DNA of 46,056 nucleotides from a virus (lineage: Duplodnaviria; Caudoviricetes): positions 1 to 46,056 of the IMG/VR virus record IMGVR_UViG_3300038315_001610. The stretch is one strand, 5' to 3'. This document shows positions 9,686 through 19,000 of the stretch, piece by piece. Under the pieces are notes generated by a model. The model saw nothing but the letters and a program-made list of their open reading frames with translations, was not told the DNA's origin and did no database searches. Each line of letters starts with the position of its first letter. Within the stretch, counting starts at the first letter, position 1. A program made the position numbers and the translations under genes.

Positions 9686-11512
9686 ATGGACTTAGATAGA
9701 TTAATACCAAAGGCAACAATAGCAGGGCTTGCGCTGTGCTTCCTCTCACTTGCAGCGGTTGGTTACATAAATCCAGCTGAAGCGACTACAAGCTGGGATG
9801 TGCACAATGTGCCAAAGATGTACTTGTACAGAGGAATAAGCACGACGCAGACCACCAATATCCAGCTAACTGGACCAGTGATCAATGGCACAATTTCTGA
9901 CTTCCCAACACAGAGCGGTGGAATAATTGAATTGACACAGGGTTCCAAGGTGGAGAAGATTTACTACAGCATAGCAACAATCAATGCAACAACAAAAGTT
10001 GTGACGCTGACTGGAACTGTGGTGAGGGACATACCATGGAACAGCACAACCAGCTTTACCACTGGTGGCAATGGTCAGCAATTCCAGAGAGGCGCAACAG
10101 CCAAACTCTCCAATGATGCAAGATTGTTCAATCTGTCTGCCTACAGAGACAGGGTAGATACCATGATTGGCAGTGGTGCAATTCTTTGCGGTGCAACAAA
10201 TCAGCCTTGTCTTATTTCAAATGGTCTAACCACAGCGCAAATACAAGGATTCACTTATGGAACTGCAGCAGGATTGTATCCAATTGTGTTCGATACCACA
10301 AAAGGTTCTTATGTCTACTGGGATGGTTCAAAATGGGTGAACTTCGGATCAGGATCCATTGTTAATGCGCTGTTCGATGTCTCTGGTAAGGTGGAATTTG
10401 GATCAGGAAGCGAATTGTTGCAAAGGACAGTCAGTGGTTCCACGACTGCGAGACTTGCAGTTGGCACCACTTCTCTAACAATGACAGGTGGTATAGCCTA
10501 TGCAAATGGTTACATTCCAGTTCTAAACTCTGATGGTTTTATACCTACATCAGTTGGAGGTACAGGTACAGGATACAATCTAGGCACTGGTGGTGTAATG
10601 TTCACTCAAGGCACAGGAGCTATGGTTGAAATAAGTGGCACTCCTACATCTTCTACATTCGTAAGAGGAGATAAGACATGGGGAGCTCCACTAACACTAT
10701 TCGGTTCAGGTGGAAGTGGGGCTGTTACACTTTCGGCTGATACACAATATGACCCTGTTGGGAATTTTAACTTCACAACATTTACTCTTGATGCCTCAAG
10801 GACACTAAGTCTAAGTGCAAGTAATGCAGTCTTAAGAATAAATGCTACTAGTAATGTTACTATTAACGGTACTGTTGATCTAAATAATTCTGGTGGATCA
10901 GGGGGTACTATTGGGATTATAGGAGGAGCAGGGCAATCGTATATCAAAGGTTATGATAACGATAGTGGTGCGCCAGGCTCAAGTGCAGGAGGTGCAGCAG
11001 GTGGTGGTGGTGGAGGAGCATCATCTTTAGCCGATGGTACAGCAGGTGTAAATGGAAGTGGTACAGGTGGGGCAGGTGGAACAACTATTACAGATAGGCA
11101 ATTAGCAATGTTGCAATCTGCATCTCTAGCTTCTCCTGTTTGTGGAGGTGGAGGAGGTGGAGGAGGTAATGATACAAATGAGGTAGATGATAATGGGAAG
11201 GGTGGTAATGGAGGAGGTTGTTCACTTTGGTTTATAGGTGGTAATTTAACTCTTGGAGCTTCCTCTGCCATAACAGCGAACGCAGAAAACGGACAGGTGG
11301 GGGAAACTGCACAAGGAGGAGGAGCAGGCGGAGGAGGTGGAGGTCATGTAGTTATAATCGTAGCAGGAACAATAACCGATAACGGTGTCACCTTATCAGC
11401 AACAGCAGGTGCAGGTGGTGCAGGGGTTGGAGCGTCAGGGGCAGGAAGTGCAGGTGGGGCAGGACTTATAACAATCTACTCGCTAACAGATGGACGTATT
11501 ATTACCAATTAA
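9686..11512 (+). CDS. Tail fibre/spike-like protein, Gly-rich C-terminus
   Basis: GGGGGGG/GGAGG repeats typical of phage glycine-rich fibre domains; signal-peptide-like N-terminus. Confidence 0.65.
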   Translation: MDLDRLIPKATIAGLALCFLSLAAVGYINPAEATTSWDVHNVPKMYLYRGISTTQTTNIQLTGPVINGTISDFPTQSGGIIELTQGSKVEKIYYSIATINATTKVVTLTGTVVRDIPWNSTTSFTTGGNGQQFQRGATAKLSNDARLFNLSAYRDRVDTMIGSGAILCGATNQPCLISNGLTTAQIQGFTYGTAAGLYPIVFDTTKGSYVYWDGSKWVNFGSGSIVNALFDVSGKVEFGSGSELLQRTVSGSTTARLAVGTTSLTMTGGIAYANGYIPVLNSDGFIPTSVGGTGTGYNLGTGGVMFTQGTGAMVEISGTPTSSTFVRGDKTWGAPLTLFGSGGSGAVTLSADTQYDPVGNFNFTTFTLDASRTLSLSASNAVLRINATSNVTINGTVDLNNSGGSGGTIGIIGGAGQSYIKGYDNDSGAPGSSAGGAAGGGGGGASSLADGTAGVNGSGTGGAGGTTITDRQLAMLQSASLASPVCGGGGGGGGNDTNEVDDNGKGGNGGGCSLWFIGGNLTLGASSAITANAENGQVGETAQGGGAGGGGGGHVVIIVAGTITDNGVTLSATAGAGGAGVGASGAGSAGGAGLITIYSLTDGRIITN

Positions 11513-11536
11513 TATTGAATGCTAATCTATTAAATT

Positions 11537-14365
11537 ATGTTTACATTAAAAGAAAATCGGCTGATATACGCAACCAGAGGTACTGGCAAAGGACAACAGC
11601 GTTTGGGCAAAAGAAAGCCTGCACCCAAGCCTACTCCTAGAAGAGCAACACCAGTTACACCTAGAACAACAACTCAACGTAATGTTGGTGGCGTTGGTGT
11701 TAGGCGTGTAGGTGCTTCTTCTGGAAGACCAGCAGGTCCAATAACAAGCACCAGAAGAACAACAGGAAGAGTTAATCCGAATCTAACAGCAGGTGGCACA
11801 CCTGTTCCTATAGTTCCAACTCCTTTACCACAGCAAGAGAGAGAAGATGCGAGGTTAGCGAAACGCCCCAGAGGTAGTGGTCCAAGGGTATTTAGAAGCG
11901 TACAAGAGCTTATAGAAGTTAGAGATCAATTAACATCTGAACAGTTCCAGGCTGCCAAACTTCAGTTAAGTCGTGGTGCAGCAGGAGTTGACCCGTTTGC
12001 ATTTGGAGGAGAAGGTGCAAGGCGTGATGAAGAGGGTAACTTACTTGTAAGACCTATATCTACAGATCCAACGCCCTCACAAATAGCAGCAACCAGAGGA
12101 GATCCTTTCGGCAAAGGCATACCTTCAACACCATTAGGAGAAGGTGCAGGAGCAGGTGGTATGGCGGTAGCTAGGGCAGGGCAGACAGGATTTGGTGGTT
12201 TAGCAGATGCGCCAGGTGAAGGATTGAGTGTAGCCGAACAGTTTAAAAGAATTGATGATATTACCGCAGAAAGCATGGCTAGTATAAGCCCTGCACAAGA
12301 CTTTGAAACTCAACAACGAGCAAGAGAAAATGCAATACGAATACAGCAGCAGATGAAAGATGATGTATTGAATAAGGCACGAGCAGAGGCAGCATTGGCA
12401 CAAACGAAAGCTGCAGAAGCGGAAACAGGCGCAGCAGAAAGGCAGGCAGCAGGTGCCTTCGACTTTAAATTCGATGGTGTTGACATGACTGGCTTGGAAG
12501 GAAGTCAACACGAACAAAAAACTGGAACCAGTGCAGCGTCCAAAGCACCAATCGGCATACAACAAATGTTCGCAGACAACCCAGAGCTTGTCAGCATATA
12601 CGAACCATTGGTTAATGCGCTGATTGGTGGCACTGATCAACAGGCAAATGCTCTGTTGTCCACCATAATGCGAGCAGAGAGACAAGGGGACAAGGCTGCT
12701 GCTGTTGCGGAGAGTGCGATAACTGCAGCAAAGGATTTCCATGAATCAATATTGTCAGAGTTAACAGAGAGCAAGGACATTGCCCTTGATGTTGCAAAAG
12801 AGAAGAAGGCGCAGGCAGATTTCCAGAGAGCCAAGTTCGCAATGAAGCAGAACTTTGTGATTAACCAGCAGATGGAGAAGAACATAGACAATGAGTGGAT
12901 TCGCAGAAGGCAGGTTGCTTCGATGGGATTTGCCCACGATGGCAATGGCTTGGGCTGGATGCAGAGAGAGACAGCGAGGGCAAATGAAGCGTTGGCATTT
13001 CTACAGACTTCAACCAATATGGAGGTTGCAGAAATGGCAAGAACTGCATCAGAACAGTATTCAATATCGGTGAAGAGCGCACTGAACCAGTATGATATGA
13101 AACTGTTGCAATTGGATAAGAGTTTGGATGATGAAATAGATAGCATAATGCAAACGCTAAGCCTCGGTGACGAGAAGCGTGAAGAGAGAATCTTTGCTGC
13201 GTACAACAACTACCTAGCGTCTGTTACCAAGAATGACATCGAGATGGCGAAGATCCAGCGTGATGCTAACAAGTTGTTGTACGATAGTGCAACAAAGGTT
13301 CAGGATGCAAGGATCAAGTCCCAAGATCGCACGTTTGACTTTGAGCAACAGATGGTTGACAGAATCAAAGGCAATGATATCCTGAAAGATGTGAGAAGTG
13401 TTCAATCTGCGCTAGGAGTTGTGGAAAGTGCGAAAGTGAGATTCCAAGAACTTGTTGCAGCAAAAGAAAGAGGGGAACAGGTTAACTTTGGCGGTGTTCA
13501 ACAGGCACTTGGTGTAGCATTCCAGAAACTTCTGGATCCAGGATCTGTTGTTCGAGAAAGTGAGTTTGATCGAACAACAAAAGGACAACCGCTTTGGGAA
13601 ACCCTTAAAGGACAATGGGAAAAGCTCGAAGCTGGAGGTCTTGGCTTGACTGAGAAAGGATTTATGGAGATATACAACACAACAATGGAACTTGCAGCTG
13701 GGTATGATAAACTTTGGGATAGAGAAATACAGTCTGTGGAGAATGCAATCACTCGCTACAACAGCTTCAGCCCTGCGGTGCCAGCAGATCCCAAATCAAT
13801 CTTGCCTCAGGAGCTGATGCCAGAGAGAAAAGAATTCACCGACGGATTTGACAGTGCAAGTAACGACTACTTCGAGAGTCGTGACAGGTTTAATGGAGAT
13901 GGAACTGGGGGGGCAACACCACCGCCAACAACTCCATCTATCCAACCGCTTCCAGGAGGGGATATCCCAGGAGGCGCATTGGTTCCCACTTCTCTGGGTG
14001 GCGAACAAGCTGAAAATCCGTTGTCAATTGATCCATTTACAGTTGCATCTGCAGGATTACAAGAAGGTGTCGATTACGACGTTGATGAATCTGGTGAAGT
14101 GGGAGTGTTTGGAGATCCGCAGAAGTTCTACCGCAGGTTTGCCGATAAGGCTGGTTTCTATAATGAAAGAGGCGCAAAGAGATTCAAATCTCCTGCGTTG
14201 GCAAACATCAAATTCCCGAACAAGACTGAATGGGGCAAAATGAGCGAGACATCCAAGGGTGAATTCATTCGCCGATTAACAAGATCGAGTGCACGTGCGG
14301 AACTGGGCGCAACAGGGCAAACGTCCTTTTTTGATATCCCAGGATTACAATTTCTCAACCCATGA
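11537..14365 (+). CDS. Probable internal virion/DNA ejection protein
   Basis: 942 aa; basic disordered N-terminus, long coiled coils, KLLDPGSVVRESEF motif. Confidence 0.6.
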   Translation: MFTLKENRLIYATRGTGKGQQRLGKRKPAPKPTPRRATPVTPRTTTQRNVGGVGVRRVGASSGRPAGPITSTRRTTGRVNPNLTAGGTPVPIVPTPLPQQEREDARLAKRPRGSGPRVFRSVQELIEVRDQLTSEQFQAAKLQLSRGAAGVDPFAFGGEGARRDEEGNLLVRPISTDPTPSQIAATRGDPFGKGIPSTPLGEGAGAGGMAVARAGQTGFGGLADAPGEGLSVAEQFKRIDDITAESMASISPAQDFETQQRARENAIRIQQQMKDDVLNKARAEAALAQTKAAEAETGAAERQAAGAFDFKFDGVDMTGLEGSQHEQKTGTSAASKAPIGIQQMFADNPELVSIYEPLVNALIGGTDQQANALLSTIMRAERQGDKAAAVAESAITAAKDFHESILSELTESKDIALDVAKEKKAQADFQRAKFAMKQNFVINQQMEKNIDNEWIRRRQVASMGFAHDGNGLGWMQRETARANEALAFLQTSTNMEVAEMARTASEQYSISVKSALNQYDMKLLQLDKSLDDEIDSIMQTLSLGDEKREERIFAAYNNYLASVTKNDIEMAKIQRDANKLLYDSATKVQDARIKSQDRTFDFEQQMVDRIKGNDILKDVRSVQSALGVVESAKVRFQELVAAKERGEQVNFGGVQQALGVAFQKLLDPGSVVRESEFDRTTKGQPLWETLKGQWEKLEAGGLGLTEKGFMEIYNTTMELAAGYDKLWDREIQSVENAITRYNSFSPAVPADPKSILPQELMPERKEFTDGFDSASNDYFESRDRFNGDGTGGATPPPTTPSIQPLPGGDIPGGALVPTSLGGEQAENPLSIDPFTVASAGLQEGVDYDVDESGEVGVFGDPQKFYRRFADKAGFYNERGAKRFKSPALANIKFPNKTEWGKMSETSKGEFIRRLTRSSARAELGATGQTSFFDIPGLQFLNP

Positions 14366-15975
14366 CAATAAAAGAAATTAATCAGATGAGGCGAGATTCC
14401 GGAGACGAGACAGCGTTTACCAATCTGAGCAGGGATGACGCTGGTTTCAGAGACTATGTCCAATTTATGGAGGGCAGGCTGGGGGATGACATTAACTCTT
14501 TTGAAAAGGCGAGGATGCCAACTAAACTGATGGACAAGTACTATGGTGAAAAGAGAGTTACTCCTGAAAACAACAGGGCAGAATCTTTGCATCGCACGCA
14601 GAAGATTTATGACGAATCCCAACAGCGCAAGGAAGGCATGTTTGGCGACTTTGTTGAAGGAAGCAAAGACAAAGTTCTGGATGTCCTCGAAGGTGCCATG
14701 GGTGGAGTGCAAGAGTTCTTCTCAGATGCTCAGGCTGGTGAAAGATTTAAGCAATCATTTGCCCCAAGTGATGTGAGAGGGAAGAGGCAGGCGGGACTCA
14801 ATAAACCTGGATTTGACATTGGCGACATAACTGGAATGGGTGGTGATATATTGTCTGGAGGATTGGGTGCGCTAGGCGCAGGTGTTGGAGGAATTGCTAT
14901 CCCAGTTGCTGGTGCGCCCATTGGTGCTGGCATTGGTTTTGGCATCGGCGAAGTGGCGAGACAAAACATTGGAGAATTGATGGGAGTCCGTGAGGCGCAG
15001 CCTCAGGAATTTGGAGAAATAGGAGAACAAGCCGTCCTTGGTTTGGGAGCAGAGTTTGGGCTGGGCATATTGGCGAAGTTGATGAGACCATTTACGAAGG
15101 TTCTGCCGAGAAAGGTTATATCACGTTTGATAAGACCAGGAGCAAAAGAGCTTGAATTCGGAAAAGACCCTGCGCTTGCAATTGCAAGAGAAGGAATAAC
15201 AGCTAATACAATGAGGGGGCTGCAGGCTGGTGTCAACAAACGAAAATCCGAGATAGGAAAACAGATTGGCGAAAGGACTTTGCAATTCAGCAGAGGAAAG
15301 AAGGCTCCGCAGATAGACATTTCTTCTGCAGTGGCACCAATAGATGATGCGCTGAGAAAGGCAAAAGGCTTGCCGCGTGAAAACGCAGCACTGATAAAAC
15401 GATTGGAGGATCTGAAACAGGATCTGCTGGAGCAAGGCACGGTATACGTTCCGCATGGAGTTTGGGAGAAAAAGAGTTTTCTAAGCGAATCAATGCGATG
15501 GGCTGAAGACACAGACAACATTATGAACAAAGTGAAGAAGAAAGTTTACAGCAAGCTGGACAAGATGCATGACGATGCAGTCCCAGGAATTAAAGAACTC
15601 AACAGCAGATATGCCGATTTGGCTGGCGCAAAGACAGCACTCAAGCGAAGGATTGCGCAGATGGAGAGGTCTGGCGTTGGTGTTATGGATATTGGGCTGG
15701 CGATGCTTGGTGGAACATTAGGACAGGAGGGTGGTGTGCCAGAATGGGCAGAGTACTTTATCTTGCCGTTGACTGTTAGGGCACTGAGAAATCCTGCTGT
15801 GCGCACAAGATATGCAGCAGCGTTGGCTCGCAACCCATTGGCAAGGGATTATGTGAGATCAAACATCACCCCAATGCTTGAGGTTGCAGAGAGAGTAGCT
15901 GTCATGGAGCTTTTGGAATCTTTGGAGCCAGAAGAACTTAGCCCACTAGGAATAGATCAGCCAACTCGATTGTAA
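14362..15975 (+). CDS. Probable internal virion/ejection protein
   Basis: Glycine-zipper hydrophobic stretch GGLGALGAGVGG..GAGIGFGIG followed by a helical domain; ATGA overlap. Confidence 0.6.
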   Translation: MTIKEINQMRRDSGDETAFTNLSRDDAGFRDYVQFMEGRLGDDINSFEKARMPTKLMDKYYGEKRVTPENNRAESLHRTQKIYDESQQRKEGMFGDFVEGSKDKVLDVLEGAMGGVQEFFSDAQAGERFKQSFAPSDVRGKRQAGLNKPGFDIGDITGMGGDILSGGLGALGAGVGGIAIPVAGAPIGAGIGFGIGEVARQNIGELMGVREAQPQEFGEIGEQAVLGLGAEFGLGILAKLMRPFTKVLPRKVISRLIRPGAKELEFGKDPALAIAREGITANTMRGLQAGVNKRKSEIGKQIGERTLQFSRGKKAPQIDISSAVAPIDDALRKAKGLPRENAALIKRLEDLKQDLLEQGTVYVPHGVWEKKSFLSESMRWAEDTDNIMNKVKKKVYSKLDKMHDDAVPGIKELNSRYADLAGAKTALKRRIAQMERSGVGVMDIGLAMLGGTLGQEGGVPEWAEYFILPLTVRALRNPAVRTRYAAALARNPLARDYVRSNITPMLEVAERVAVMELLESLEPEELSPLGIDQPTRL

Positions 15976-16032
15976 TGGCAATCCCTATGAAAATTAACAA
16001 TTCCTGCACGATCTCATTAAACTCCTTTCTAC

Positions 16033-19000
16033 ATGGTTCGCAACCCAATTGATCCAACCTCACTCGGCAACCCTAAGACACTCACTGGAGCAGGATCCAC
16101 ATTGTTGAACCAATTGGAGGAAGAGGGTGTAGTTCCAGGGCAAGAACCTGAGAGGAATCCCATGGTTCCGGATCTCCCTGATCTCTCTCCACCAGAAGGC
16201 GCATTGGATGTAATTTCTAACCTTGGGCAAAGTGCGGAGCACTTTCTAACCCAAAGTGTTCCGCAGTCTGCGCAAGAGAATATTGCAGGACTGGCACAAA
16301 TGGTTGCACATCCAGTGCAAACAGGGCAATTTCTTGGAAGAGCTGCACTTGGAGGAGTTGAACATGGATTACGAGGTCTTGTTGGTCTTGGCGGAAGGTT
16401 CGGAGCCGATGAAGAAAAGGTTGCAAGGTTGCAGATGGGACTCAAATCCAGCCAGAATGAACTGAATCTGGAGTCAGCCAAACTGGTTGCAGATGTGTTC
16501 AAATCCCGTTATGGAAGCACTGAGTCGGCAATCAACACCATGTACAGTGATCCATTTGGATTCATGGGAGACCTTGCAATGACTTTGGGCATCTCAGCAG
16601 GTACAGCAAGGGGTGCTGCAAGGCTTGCAAGGATGGAAAGAATGGCTCACAGGCTTGCTCAAGTCCAAAGGGCTGCCGACGTTGTAGACCCCATTGTACT
16701 CGCATCCAAGGGAGCGTTAGAAGTGGCTCGCCCATTGTATCAGGTTGCTCAGGAGAATTTGACGACTAAGGTTCTGAGCAGGCTGGAAGGGCACAGAGAG
16801 GTCAAGCCACAGTTTATTTTGGATCAGGCGAAGAGGAGTGACATCAGACAAGCTGAAAGTCAGATGATTGAAAGAGTTCTTGCTGATATGGATGTTCCAG
16901 AAGGTGGAAGAATCGATGTGCAAGAGTTCAATGACAGGGTGCAGACAGAGCTGTTGCCACTGGAAGCGAGCGATGCCACAGAAGCGAAATTTGCACAGCG
17001 AGGACATGACAATGTTTTTACCAATGAATTGAGAAGACCAAGGTATGAAGAAAAGGCGACACTGCCTCAAGATGTCAGGGGAAATGTCGCCAATTACATA
17101 GAAAGGGTATATGAATCGCCAATCAAGACATCTGCTGGTCATATGGGGCTAGATACTGGCAATTATTTCGCCCACGCTCGTATCGAGGATATAGCAGACC
17201 AGTTGCCAGACAGAATAAATATGGATCCAGCGGAATATGCTGAAGCACTTAAAGATCCAACGAACATTCGCCTGCGTCGTATTATCGAAGTCCAAAGCGA
17301 TTTGTTTCAGAAGGGCAGGCTGAAAAAAGAGGCACTCCCCATTGGCAACATTCATTACAAAGATGTTGACGATGTTATTCATGTCGCCAGAAATAGAGAT
17401 TTAAGCGCAGATCAAATAGAAGATCTAATAGATAGACATTCGCTTAGCGAAATACATGCTGAGCCAATAAGAAAAAGAATTTCAGATGGCATTAGATCAG
17501 ATGGTCGACCGATACTGTTTACAGCGCAGGGGAAAGGGAGTCTTGAGAAATTGGCTAAAAGGCTTGAGGATGTGCCAAATGACACATTCAGGAAAAGGTC
17601 TGCCGAACTTGCTCCTCTCCAGCCCTACCGTAACACATGGCACGAGCGCATTTTACGTGAAGAGATTCAAAGAGCTGCAGCAGATGGCAAGACAAAGTTG
17701 CAATTGCCCACAGGAGAGACTGCAATGCAAATAGAAGGATTAGGCGGTGGTGTTGGCGACTGGCTTGACGAATCTGGCAGAACGGTAACAGATCTGCAAG
17801 ACCATGAACTGGGCATAGTTAGAAATGCGAGAACTGGAGAAGAGAGGGTTGTAATTGGAGAAGGTCCAGGAGACGTTTATTATTCTGTCCAAAAAGAAAA
17901 ATACGATGAAGTTTTTCAAGACGAATTTGTAGATTGGCTTGAAGATAATGATTATGATTTAGATCCATACAGCAACAAAGGGAATGCGAAACTTGCTAAG
18001 CTGGAAGAACAGTTTAGGGACAACGAATTTGAACCATTTGTACTAAGTGATCATTTTGAACAGATACAGACTTCATCAGGAATAGAAAATCATCCAGTCT
18101 ACAAATTCTACGAAGGTGACATTCCCAAATTTCTAAAAAAGATTCATCCTGAAATGCGCAGAGCCAAAGACGGTCAAGGCGTAGAATGGTTCGAGATTGA
18201 CTTAACCGAAGCAGATGCAACCAAACCAATCGAAGCATTTCAGCAAGCTCTTGCCGAGAATCCAATCCCTCCAGCAGAAGCTGAGTCTATGGTCAGGCAG
18301 TTCTTCGACGAGAAAGAAGTTCCCATTGAGTTTGTCGACAACATCCAGACTCCTGCAGCTGAGCAGGCTCTCGGAGTTTACTACGATGGCATGATTTCCT
18401 TCATCCAAAATCCCGATGCAACCACACCTGCGCATGAAGCTGTTCATGCTTATATGGACTTGTTTACTGCTGCTGATCGCAAGACAGCTATTCTTGCCGA
18501 AGTACAAAAGCGTTTCGACATTGCAGATGCCACCGCTGCAGAGGAACGACTTGCCGATTTGTTTGTTGAATATACCAGAGGTGGTAAAGTTACCCTCGGC
18601 ACCAAAATGAAAGCATACTTCGACCAAGTCATCCAAGGAATCAAGAGTTTGGTTGGCAAGGAAGACAAAGTGAAACAGCTGTTTGCAGATCTGGTGACAC
18701 GCAAGAGAGAAGTGGATGCTGACCTTGCTGACCAAGGAGTGTTTATCTCCCCAGAAGCGAGGGCATCTGGAGTGATGAAAGATGCTGCTATGGGCAGGCT
18801 GGGATCCGTTGATGAAGCGATACAGGCATACGGGCTTAAATCTGGCGATGTTGATGCACTTCGCAATGAAACCGCTGCACTTGAAGCTATGGGTGGAACG
18901 GATGAAGCGTTGGGCATGATGGATGAGGTGGCGAGACGATTGGAAGAGCAGAAGTTTCAGCCAGCAGATATATCCCAATCCTTGCTTGATGAAGTTGGGA

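Noticed and set aside
10950-11470. GGT/GGA tandem repeats
   Set aside because: Explained by the Gly-rich protein sequence.
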